A stretch of DNA of 63,576 nucleotides, counting the filler, from Stramenopiles sp. TOSAG23-3 (lineage: Eukaryota), in NCBI GenBank assembly GCA_900128585.1. It is 12 parts of 12 records of this genome, joined end to end, with 100 filler letters (N's around TTAATTAATTAA, not from the genome) between each part and the next. Parts side by side here need not be neighbours in the genome. Positions count along the whole stretch, not along the records: positions 49,130 to 57,176 come from LT643072.1; positions 57,277 to 58,456 come from LT646312.1; positions 58,557 to 59,736 come from LT646313.1; positions 59,837 to 61,016 come from LT646314.1; positions 61,117 to 62,296 come from LT646315.1; positions 62,397 to 63,576 come from LT646316.1; 6 more parts are not named here. The stretch is one strand, 5' to 3'. The stretch's first letter is position 1. Every line of letters starts with the position of its first letter. The position numbers and the translations under genes were made by a program. Shown one piece after another: positions 53,676 to 63,576 of this stretch. Under the pieces are notes generated by a model that worked only from the letters and a program-made list of their open reading frames with translations, searched no databases and was not told the DNA's origin.

Positions 53676-55235
53676 ATGAACCTGAGGCATTTGGACCAGA
53701 TCCAAAACTCGCTACCGCCGGATACAAACTGTGGGGATATCTTGGGTTCCTATCGAGAACGAGTTGCCGGGAATCGTCGAAGAAAACTCAACAAGCGTAA
53801 ACACAGCCACTTTGATGAGCCAGAGATTACTCCATTTTCATGTTCATACAACCACGACGGCCAGTTCTTGGCGATTACCTCGTTGGAGCAAACGTGTATG
53901 CTCTACGACTGTTTGACGCGGTCTGTCGCCCAGTCCTTCTCCTGCAGCGCGCGTTCCCGAGGAGGTGGTGCTCTCGTCGGCAGGCCGACAGAAGTGGGGA
54001 CGGTGTCCGGTTGCGCTAAGCCTTGCCATCGGGCAAACGAGACCTTTTTTCCAACAGTGGTGTGGCTTCATCGGTCGCAAGGGTTGCTCGTTGCGAGTGG
54101 CACTGTGCTGTTTCTTCGCCGCCCGAGAACTGGCACGGACGTTCCCGTACTGCGGTGGCATAACCCTATTCTGGGGCTAAGCGCCCACCCCACCCTTCCC
54201 GCCATCGCAATGCTCTGGGACCAGTTCGGGGTGTACCTAATAGACCTTCGTCCTGCTTTGCGCGAAAAGCGGGACCGGGATTGCACTGTATTTACCGTTT
54301 TTGAAGAAGAGGGCAGCAAGCGGCCGTTTTGTGCTGGGTTCGGCGAGGGCGGGACTTTCATTTTCGTGTCGTTGGATTGCACCATTTTTGCATTGTCGTT
54401 TGACTACAAGGACCTGGACTGCCCATCGTTCTCGCTTTCCCTCCAAAAGCCTTTGTTCACGGGAACTAAAAAGCGCGATTACATAGAGTCCCTTCGTTGC
54501 CACCCGTCCCGTCCTTACCTGATAGCGAGCCGTTCGGGGCGAACCTTGCACCTGTTCAAAATGGTGACGCCGTCGACGACTGCGCGGCTGGGCCCCGCCG
54601 CCGCCCGCCCCCCACCAGCCCTGGACCTGATCGATGTCATGTCGTTCGAGGATATGGTGAACCGTTCGAAATTTTCTTCCTATGGGTTTGCGGGGGACAC
54701 GGACTACGTGTACGCGTCTTCGTGGAAGCACAACCATATATTTGTGTGGGACCCTAGCGTCGGCGGCAAGCTAGTGTCGACGCTGGTCGGGGAGTGCCAC
54801 GGGGACCGGAACGTGTGCATTGCCTGGCACCCCCACCGCTCGGAGCTTGTTTCCATATCGGAGAGCGGGGAGACCGTCCTGTGGAGGCGGAAAATTTCAG
54901 ACAAAATTTTGGCGTTCGAGGAGTTGGAGGAGAACGTCTTGTACGTAGAAGGCGAGAACGAGTTCGACATGATCGTCGACGAGCGTACTGGGAAGCAGAT
55001 CCCGGCGCGATACTGTAAGCAGCTTGCGGGGGCGCAGGTTTCCGTGGAGGCCCAGGCGCGGATCGACGTGATCTCGACCTTAGGGGCCGGCGATGTGGAC
55101 CCGTCTCGGGCCCCCGGGTCTCCCCTCACGTTCGAGGAGTTGAGGAGGCTCGTGGTAGTACCGGCGCGCCCGGCGGCGGGGAAAGGGGAGCCGCGACTGA
55201 CGAGTATGGTGGGGTGCGGGGGGGCAACGGTGTAA
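53676..55235 (+). CDS. RBBP5: RBBP5/Swd1 (COMPASS WD40 subunit)
   Basis: MNLRHLD start, FEDMVNR, LVSTLVG..IAWHPHR and the signature FEELEENVLYVEGENEFD. The extreme C-terminus may be frameshifted. Confidence 0.85.
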   Translation: MNLRHLDQIQNSLPPDTNCGDILGSYRERVAGNRRRKLNKRKHSHFDEPEITPFSCSYNHDGQFLAITSLEQTCMLYDCLTRSVAQSFSCSARSRGGGALVGRPTEVGTVSGCAKPCHRANETFFPTVVWLHRSQGLLVASGTVLFLRRPRTGTDVPVLRWHNPILGLSAHPTLPAIAMLWDQFGVYLIDLRPALREKRDRDCTVFTVFEEEGSKRPFCAGFGEGGTFIFVSLDCTIFALSFDYKDLDCPSFSLSLQKPLFTGTKKRDYIESLRCHPSRPYLIASRSGRTLHLFKMVTPSTTARLGPAAARPPPALDLIDVMSFEDMVNRSKFSSYGFAGDTDYVYASSWKHNHIFVWDPSVGGKLVSTLVGECHGDRNVCIAWHPHRSELVSISESGETVLWRRKISDKILAFEELEENVLYVEGENEFDMIVDERTGKQIPARYCKQLAGAQVSVEAQARIDVISTLGAGDVDPSRAPGSPLTFEELRRLVVVPARPAAGKGEPRLTSMVGCGGATV

Positions 55236-55792
55236 GGGTAGTTGCGGACGTGACGGGCGGACAAGCCATCTTCCGAGTGCCGAAACCATGTCGCGCCCAC
55301 CACCACGCAAATGGAATGCGCACCTCCTAGCTTCCAAAGATACTTAGTGTTACTTTTTGTACGATCGTACTTCGTAGTATATGGGGGGATCTTGGTCATT
55401 TTCTAAATTTCAACCGTTGATCAACTTTAACAGCAAATCACCATCACAGTCACAAATTACTACTAACACCAAATAAGAGCATAATAGGTAAGAAAATTTT
55501 CAACAACTAAAAAGATTTGTTAGCATAAGCACTAAAAAAATTTCGCACCATACAGCGTCACAAAACCATCAACAACTAAAAAGTTTTGAGACGGTAAAGT
55601 TGAACTCAAAATAGTTCCAAACTCCCATTCGAAACTCGCACCAATTACGCTCACAATGAAGAAATTATTTATGTGGAATTTACACCATAAATAATTAAAA
55701 AACGTTCAAAAAAAAGTCCCCTTTCATATTTTTAAGAAACTAAACTAATAGTTTCACTTCCAAAATCTAACCCTTCACTTACTCCCCCCAAA

Positions 55793-56560
55793 ATGGCATC
55801 CTTCCCGTCGACACTTGCCCGCTCGACCCTCACCGGCACCCGCACCGCCATCTTCGGCGGCAGCGCTGGCATGGGAAAGGCCACCGCGGCGGCCGTGCTA
55901 GCGCTGGGTGGGCGTGTCACGTTGATCTCGCGCACCCAGTCCAAGCTTGACGCCGCCGCCGCAGAACTTGGTGGCGGCGACAATATCGAGGTCGCCGCAA
56001 TCGACGCCATGAACACCGCGGCCGTCGCGAAATTCTTTGCCGACGTGGAGCCAGGCTACTTCAACCACATCGTCGTGACGCTGGGCCCTGCTGTGCACGG
56101 TGCAGACGACATCTTTGGGGAGGCGACGCTGGACAAGGTGCAGCAGCAGTTCTTCAAGTTCAACGTGCCGTGGACGGTGTCCAAGTACGGCGCGTCCAAG
56201 GTGGCAGATGGCGGAAGCCTGACGTTTTTCTCGGGCACACTGTCGCGAGCCATCACCAAAGGCTCCAGCTGCCTCGGCCCGGTAAACGCAGCCGTAGAGT
56301 GCCTGGCCAAGTGCCTGGCCAAGGATCTCGGGCCTCGCCTACGTGTGAACTGTGTCAGCCCGACGCTTACGCGCACCTCCGCGGTGACAGGCGGGATGAC
56401 GGCCGAACAGGCGGAGGGAATGTTCGTTGGTTTTGGAAAAACGATACCCGCCGGACGCTCTGGGGAGGCTATGGACTTGGGTCACGCCGTGGCCTTTTTG
56501 ATCACCAACAACTTTATGACCGGCCACGTGCTGGATGTGGACGGTGGGAAGACGCTGTAG
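55793..56560 (+). CDS. Atypical short-chain dehydrogenase/reductase (PRK07041-like, lacks YxxxK)
   Basis: FGGSAGMG, GGSLTFFSG, LGPVNAAVECLAK, RVNCVSP and FMTGHVLDVDGG. Confidence 0.92.
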   Translation: MASFPSTLARSTLTGTRTAIFGGSAGMGKATAAAVLALGGRVTLISRTQSKLDAAAAELGGGDNIEVAAIDAMNTAAVAKFFADVEPGYFNHIVVTLGPAVHGADDIFGEATLDKVQQQFFKFNVPWTVSKYGASKVADGGSLTFFSGTLSRAITKGSSCLGPVNAAVECLAKCLAKDLGPRLRVNCVSPTLTRTSAVTGGMTAEQAEGMFVGFGKTIPAGRSGEAMDLGHAVAFLITNNFMTGHVLDVDGGKTL

Positions 56561-56691
56561 GCACTAGGCGGTTAGGGGTAGAGTGTCCCAAACCAAGCGA
56601 CTCTGTTGTTATGAAACATAGTATCGTGTAAATGACTCTCGCACATTAATTATTCCTTTTTAGACGACGACGCGCGAATATATAGTATAGT

Positions 56692-56770
56692 AAAAAAAAC
56701 CAAAATATATAGTATGTTTTAAGACTCTCATTTTAAATCAAATACTACTTCAAATCCAACCCTAATCCTA
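56692..56770 (+). repeat. Dispersed 3'-flank repeat, family B
   Basis: Matches 19241-19298 and 21056-21085. Confidence 0.85.
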
Positions 56771-57295
56771 CGTCATGGTGAATGGTTATTAGTCATCACG
56801 GATGAATAATATAGTATAGTAATATTATTGATTGTGCTTGCATCCATGTGGCCGACAAAAAGACTCTTTGTGGTGAATGCATAGGGCTGGACATCCACGT
56901 CTGCCCTAGTGATTTTCCAGCGTATTCAACAACCAAATAGCAAAACTAAGTTCAGCTGTTAATACTCTTCAGTCGGACACAAAACTAACCATTCGAGCGT
57001 TCAACGGTTAAAATTTAGAAAATGACCAAGATCCCCCCATATACAAAACAAATTATATATAGTATGTTCTAAGTCAAAAAAGAAAAGAAAAAAGAAGGTA
57101 AAACCGTTCAAGAACCCAAACTCCTCCTTGTTCCAGAATAAGACTTCTATTATTCATCATTCAAACTAACATAAAANNNNNNNNNNNNNNNNNNNNNNNN
57201 NNNNNNNNNNNNNNNNNNNNTTAATTAATTAANNNNNNNNNNNNNNNNNNNNNNNNNNNNNNNNNNNNNNNNNNNNATCTTTAAAAAGTGGTCGA

Positions 57296-58135
57296 ATGAA
57301 GAGGTCGATTGCTTCGTTTGCTATTTTGGTCGGTGCATTTCAGGGCATGGTGAACCCCATTGATTCCGTAAGTTTGAGGGTCGATGGCAGCGCTATGATA
57401 AAACGTATCGAGGCTGAAAACGCCCGACTGATTAGAGAGAACATGGCCCTGCAGGAAGCCTTGATAGAGCTGGGCATGCCAAAGAGGAGCGAAAAGGTCT
57501 CGGGAGGAAAGTATGCCAAGTACATTCTGCCTCCTTCAGAATGTACAAAACAAGGCATGTGCATAGAGAAACAGTTCGACCCGAACCATTATACCCCGTG
57601 CGAAGATACGTATTACCTGCCTGCATGCCTGACCATGTGCAAGAACGATTTCATAGAATGCACGAAACGGGTGCAAGGGGTGAAGAACGCGCTGCCAGAC
57701 TTTACTGTACCACTGTACGAACGAAAACAAATCATGTTGAATTTAGAGAAAGACATCGTTGTTTCCAAAGTTGTAAACCCGTACACGCCGGGAGCAGCAC
57801 CGAAACCTAGACCACAGAACGCAAGCAAAGCCTCAAATATTTCGGCGGTTCGAGAGGCCGTGGAAGAGTCAGACCGGAAAGAGTTGAATGCAACCTTGAA
57901 CAACATGTTTAGTGCATCCCTAAAACCCGGCGGTGGTGCCGCCATGGCCAAGATGATGCAAGACAAAGTGGAAAAAAGTCAATCGAAACAGAAAGACCTT
58001 GAAGATATAGACAAGAAGGCAAAGAAGAAAGCGAAGAAATTAGATAAGAGGGTTAACTCCGACGCCCCACCGCCAAAAGGGAAACCAGAAGTAGAAAGCG
58101 AGCGGCCGGAGGAAGCCAGCAGCAAGTCGAATTAA
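57296..58135 (+). CDS. Secreted hypothetical protein with Cys cluster; coding-like sequence continues in the +1 frame to the contig end
   Basis: Signal-peptide-like start, coiled coil and six-Cys cluster. The downstream frame RIKGHHKCLFGG...TPVHT is open to 58456. Confidence 0.65.
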   Translation: MKRSIASFAILVGAFQGMVNPIDSVSLRVDGSAMIKRIEAENARLIRENMALQEALIELGMPKRSEKVSGGKYAKYILPPSECTKQGMCIEKQFDPNHYTPCEDTYYLPACLTMCKNDFIECTKRVQGVKNALPDFTVPLYERKQIMLNLEKDIVVSKVVNPYTPGAAPKPRPQNASKASNISAVREAVEESDRKELNATLNNMFSASLKPGGGAAMAKMMQDKVEKSQSKQKDLEDIDKKAKKKAKKLDKRVNSDAPPPKGKPEVESERPEEASSKSN

Positions 58136-58556
58136 AGGCCACCACAAATGCCTCTTCGGAGGGTCCACGGGGGAAGAGATCTACGATACGATGGAAGGAT
58201 CCGTGAAAATTCATTCAAAGATGAAACGGTCGCAACTGCAGGCTTACGTGAGGCAGTACAACGACGATTTGCTGGTGGGGGATGTGTCGTCGAGAGCAAC
58301 GTGCCTCTGGCTCCAAAACGCGTTCTTTTTGGCGTTGAACATTTCCGAGAACGACTCGAAACTGGTCCTAGACAGTTCTACTACCCTGAAACAACTGTGT
58401 TGCCTCGCCAAAACGGACTTAAAGTACTTATTCGAAAGAACACCGGTTCATACTAANNNNNNNNNNNNNNNNNNNNNNNNNNNNNNNNNNNNNNNNNNNN
58501 TTAATTAATTAANNNNNNNNNNNNNNNNNNNNNNNNNNNNNNNNNNNNNNNNNNNN

Positions 58557-59147
58557 CGGTGGAAGCAAAGTCAGCGCGGAATCTTCTCCACGATGATCCA
58601 TTTTGGACGACGACGCCATTTTTTTTGGATCGGACGACGCGTCGACAACGACTGTCGATGATACCGCGAATACGTCTCCTGGTGCGACGTTTGGTGTCAG
58701 CCTCCCGAACATGCCAATGTTGAGGTAGACAAACGGATATTCGGCCGATTCAAAGTCGAAATAGTCAGTAGTTCGATAGCCTGTTTTGAGAATGACATTC
58801 ACTTTGCTCGGCGTGTCGGACAAGCACCGGTCAAGAACCGGCTTCACGACCTCCGCCCAAAACGGCAACGCCGATCTTCCACGAGCGATCTGTACGACGA
58901 GTGTTCCCTTCTTTTCTTCCATAGAAGTGACTGCGTTCTGCAACACTGGAGCAAGCTGCTCTGCAATTTGCTCGTCCGACGCACCAAGCCGTGTCTCTGT
59001 GCGCCCTTTCTGTCGTACCTCCTCCGGAGCATCTTTTCCCTCCTCAAACGGAGCGTCCATTTGCGATCTGACAGTTGAACGCCGCGACGCATTTGGGCGA
59101 CGCGCAGGCCGCGCGGATGGCCTTTCCGCCTTCGTAGTTGATGCCAA
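58557..59147 (-). CDS. Possible nucleoside-phosphorylase-fold protein, 3' truncated
   Basis: YLNIGMFGRL...PGDVF resembles the PNP/MTAN motif; start uncertain. Confidence 0.45.
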
Positions 59148-60675
59148 GCACTCGCTCGCTCATCGATGCACGGCTTGCGAGAATGAGGCCTTACTCTCAT
59201 ACTTCGTGAACAATGTTTTCTTTCTTTTTTTATATTATCGGGTATAATCAAATACAGTACCTATTATTCATTTTTCTTCTTCTCTTCTTCTTCTCTTCTT
59301 TTTTTTTCTTCTTTTGTTTGTTGGTTGTTGTTGTGATGTGTTTTGTTTTCTATTAATAATGTATTATACGTATTAAAAAATAATAAAATACGACGCAATT
59401 TCGTATTTTATTATTTTTTAAAATTATTAATTACAGAAAGTGCCAGTAAAATACGAGTAAAATACGAGTAAAAAATAAAATACCGCATTTAATAGAAATA
59501 AAAAAAAGATATTTTAAAATAATAATAAATAAAAATAAAAGTGGGTACGGTAACACGTACCGGTACAGGTACCTGGTACCTGGTACCGGTACGAACAATA
59601 GGTACTACGGTACGGGTGGATTATCTACGGGGAGTATTATGTGAGTAAGTGAGTGAGTGAGTGAGCGAATAGTAAAACGAAAGAAAGCAACAAAAAAATG
59701 AATGATAAAAAAGATAATTCTTCATTTAGTATAGGCNNNNNNNNNNNNNNNNNNNNNNNNNNNNNNNNNNNNNNNNNNNNTTAATTAATTAANNNNNNNN
59801 NNNNNNNNNNNNNNNNNNNNNNNNNNNNNNNNNNNNAATGATCTCTAAAAAATAAAGAAGGGAAAATAGCATGTGAGGAAAGCAGTTATTTTTTTTTTTG
59901 GAAGAATGAATGTACATAAATAATAATAATTTAAAAAAAAAAGCATTATTTCAATATACATCTAATAACATTAATGGTATTAGATGTATTATTTAGGGTT
60001 ATGATTAGGTCAATATCCTAACCCCTAACAAAATTATAAGTACGAGTCATGAATTGACGAAAATAGGAAAAACCTGTGATATGGATAATACTTAAATGTA
60101 ATATTAGTTATATCCAATAGATACACCCATCCATGTTTTTTATTATCCCATGAAGCATGTAGAAGGGGCTCTTGTAACGGGCAAGAAGAAAATAGTATTG
60201 CACAGCATTGCTATTGCTAGCAGTAACGTTGCCGATTACGTTTAGTGCTATGACGGGTTGTGGGTTTCTTCTTTTACCTCAGGAGGTTTGAACCTGTAAT
60301 CTTCGTCTTTCTGTTGTAAGTCTAGATGAAGAGTCGTCTAACTATACAGTAACATGGCAATACAGTGGCATTAAAGAATTAGTTCGCAGAATTTCCATAG
60401 TGTTGTTGACTCGCTGTTGATTTTTATTTTTTGCAACAACAATAATAATAATAAAAAATATAAAACAATCCGCGGGAAGAACGGTAGTAAATATTTTGAT
60501 ACTGGTAAACATTCGCGACAACGTTTAGATAATTTGGACGGTGTGTTTCGTCCTAACCGAATTTTCCGTTCATAAAAATATTTCTTAATTCTTCGAGCAT
60601 TTTCCTGGGCGAGAGAAAAAAGGCTGGCGTTCTGATTTAGAAGGTATTCGACAGAGTAATACAAGCCGTTCGAAA

Positions 60676-61016
60676 ATGTCGGACTGGGTGGCGCACTTGG
60701 ACGAGTCTTCAGGTCACGTGTACTACCAGAACGTTAACACTGGGGATACTTCCTGGGATAAACCGGAAGGTTTCGATGATTCTAAAGATGTCACGGCTGG
60801 AGACATTCCTGAATGGTCTGAGGTTATCGATCCAGGCAGTGGCCATCCGTACTACTACAATAACATTACTGGGGAGAGCGCCTGGGAGAAACCTCCGAAT
60901 TTCGACGCGAAGAAATCCCACGAAATGGAAGAGAAGTTGGAAAAGGCACAACGTTACTATTTGTCATTTTTAGCAACAAAAGGGTTGCACGCCTATATCA
61001 AGGAAAATATGGCAAC
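60676..61016 (+). CDS. Tandem WW-domain protein, 3' truncated
   Basis: WVAHLDESSGHVYYQNVNTGDTSWDKP and WSEVIDPGSGHPYYYNNITGESAWEKP. Confidence 0.92.
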
Positions 61017-61116
61017 NNNNNNNNNNNNNNNNNNNNNNNNNNNNNNNNNNNNNNNNNNNNTTAATTAATTAANNNNNNNNNNNNNNNNNNNNNNNNNNNN
61101 NNNNNNNNNNNNNNNN

Positions 61117-61927
61117 CGTCGTCGTGGCCCATGTAGAAGCGCTGCGTGTTCGTCTGCGTGTTCATAACGATGCCGACGGCGGAGCTGTAGTAGACCACCT
61201 CCCCGGACTTTAGAACGAACGCGTTGTTGTTCGTGCAGTTCGTGTACGGGCCGGTGTTGTGGTACCCATGGCAGTGCTCCAAGACCAACTCCGACCCCGG
61301 CGACGTTTTGAGCCGCAGGGCATCCGGACCTTCCGGGTCCCACTCGCTCGGGGCGAAGACCGTCGACCGGCACTCGTCGTACTTCAGCGACAAGCGCTGG
61401 CGCTCGTTCCGCTCGTCGATCAAGTCTTGCGCCCGGTTCGCAACGGCCCCCTTGGACCGATCGACCTTCAGTTCGGCCACGCGGGGAAGGGACGACCAAA
61501 GGGTCGCGTACTTCTCCTTAACTTTCGCAAGTCGCTTGTTGGCCGGGCTCACCCACCCGTCCGTGGACGGCGCGGGGGCGTTGCTGCCTTGGCTCGTCGC
61601 GGGCTGCGCGTCCGCGACGGTGGGGAGGGTGATGTCGCTGGCGCTCTTCAACAGCTTTTGCTTCTGGACTTTCCGTGTGGGGCTTTTGCGGGCGGGCCTG
61701 CGCGGTGGCGATACTCGCCGAGGCCGGGCTCCCGGCCGCCCCCCTTTCATGATCGCTTCGTTCGACGCCGTCAGCTTTTTCATTTCCCCCATCATTGCCG
61801 TCATGTTTTCTTGCATCTTCATCATCTGCTGGTCGCGCACCTCTAGTTTCTGGTCAATCTGCGTGTTTATCAACGTGGCAAGCTGCTGCATGACGGCAGG
61901 GTTTAAGCCACCGTCGCCCGACGACAT
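61117..61927 (-). CDS. EMAP/EML-family microtubule-associated protein (coiled coil + HELP motif), 3' truncated
   Basis: LVLEHCHGY...NNAFVLKSGEVVYYSSAVGIV...QRFYMGHDD. Confidence 0.88.
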
Positions 61928-62396
61928 CGTGGTGGTCTGGTGATGAAAGGAGTAACCTTCGCCGTTCTCGTAAATGTAAGCTGCAACGGACGAACGAACG
62001 AATGAATGAATCGATAGTCAAAATATGAATCGATCCTGTCGATAAATGTAACTATTTAAACTCTTTCCTCCTCTCCGTTAAAAAATTACATAGTTACACT
62101 TATTCTCAACTTATAAAACATATCCTCCCCACACAAACAAACAAGGAAGGTGTTCATCAAAAAACATAAATTAATAAATATACATATTATTAACTATATT
62201 ATATATAATAATATTCCATTGTTGTATTATTATGTATATTGTGCACAGTGTAACGAAATTACCATAAAATAATTATATATGAGAAATATAGAATATNNNN
62301 NNNNNNNNNNNNNNNNNNNNNNNNNNNNNNNNNNNNNNNNTTAATTAATTAANNNNNNNNNNNNNNNNNNNNNNNNNNNNNNNNNNNNNNNNNNNN

Positions 62397-63576
62397 TTTT
62401 CCTCTCTACCATTTGCTCGTACCCATTTTCCCTGTCGCGCTGGCTCGACTCCGTCTGCTGAATCTGCTGTTCCAAGTACCGTTCGCGCCTTCTTCGCTTT
62501 TCCAAAAACCTTTCGGTGCGCAAGACCGAATCTTTCGCTGCGTTTCCGGTAGAAACGAAAGGCGCCTGATCGTCGCTGGACACAATTTCCGGCGCTTTCC
62601 TGTGCGTTCCACTCATCTCGGCATTGTTGAAATCGCGAGTGTTCTCATCGTCGTGCTTTAGCTGTATCTCGGGGCTGTAGTCTTGCAGCGATTGGCCGAA
62701 CGACGCCGCGGAGGTTTTCTCGTGCATTCGATCAAGGTCTCTATCCGCTTCGAGTTGTGTTACAAGGGATTCCCGAAGCTCTCGCATCGCTTTCACTGGG
62801 TCTGTGTTTGCCGACGCACGGAGCAGCGCGTCGGACCCCAGTTCTGCCGTAAACACGTCTTGGCCGTCTTTAGACGGGCTGATTACTATGCCGGACGTCT
62901 TTCCATCTTTCGCGTCCTTTAGCATGCCATTGCCTCGAAGCTCTTCCATGATTTGCTTGCGAAGGTTTGTCTCCAGCTTTGCTCGAGTGTTATGGGCTTT
63001 GTCCAGTTCTTCCGAGAGGGATGAGACTCGCAGGTTGAGCCCGGTAATTTGTCGAGACAACTGCGATGCCTCGTCCGCTGCACCGTCCCTGGCTTCCATG
63101 ACTTGGTGGACCATGCTGGTCTTGTCTCCTCGCGTACGCTCCAATTCGGCAAGCAGCGAATTCCGGCTGGACTCCGTCGAATCCAATTGCCTGCTTTTTT
63201 CGTGAACTTCCGCTGTCATGTGCTTTAACTCCCGTGACAAAGAATCCGTCTGGAGTTTTTTTGCGCGTAATTCTTTTCTCATCGCCTCGACGGCGTCCTC
63301 GGCCTCGTTCGTCTTGAAGCGCAAATCGTCAACGGACCGCTTCATCTCCATCGCCGTCATCCTGCTTCGGTTGTTTGTCTCCTCGAGTTCTTTCCTCAGC
63401 AGCCCTATAGTGTACTCGCTGGTATTTTGCATGTCACGCATTTGCATTTGCTGAGATTCAATCTCGCCTTCTGCGCCTTTGTGTTCTTTGGTTTTGTGGT
63501 CTAAAGCAGCTTTCAACGTAGAAATTTCACGTTCGAGCTGGGCGGTTTTCACCCCACTCTCCCGCTCGCTCCACAG
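62397..63576 (-). CDS. Long coiled-coil protein, internal fragment
   Basis: Frame is open across the whole contig and heptad-rich. Confidence 0.75.

Larger units (their letters stand above)
55382..57039. mobile_element. Non-autonomous TIR DNA transposon carrying an SDR gene
   Basis: Inverted repeats 55377-55420 and 57001-57044 are 43/44 identical. TATA directly flanks both ends (ATAT if the termini are G6/C6). No transposase ORF. Confidence 0.8.

Overview
The window is 12 unrelated contigs from a draft eukaryotic genome, joined by 100-nt artificial linkers (N44-TTAATTAATTAA-N44). Seven contigs are about 8.05-8.11 kb and five are exactly 1180 bp, so adjacency across a linker means nothing. 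The genome is compact and nearly intron-free, with GC-rich single-exon genes separated by very AT-rich spacers; only one spliceosomal intron is clear. This suggests a flagellated protist, plausibly a marine stramenopile (inference). Recognisable genes: an MFS transporter, ataxin-2/PBP1, a divergent histone H3/H4 pair, CSE1, a Cu-monooxygenase, NPL4, a RuvC-like resolvase, a USP, a P450, MAD1, PHPT1, a TBC-TLDc protein, RBBP5, an SDR, an EML protein and two intronless tRNA-Tyr copies. The best finding is a ~1.66-kb non-autonomous DNA-transposon-like element (55382-57039). It has 44-bp inverted ends (43/44 identical) and a TA/AT-type target duplication, and carries a complete bacterial-type atypical SDR gene but no transposase. 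Also notable are two dispersed repeat families at gene 3' ends, recurrent intergenic motifs (TAGACGAC, GTAC clusters), MITE-like relics, and several frameshifts or internal deletions that are probably assembly errors.
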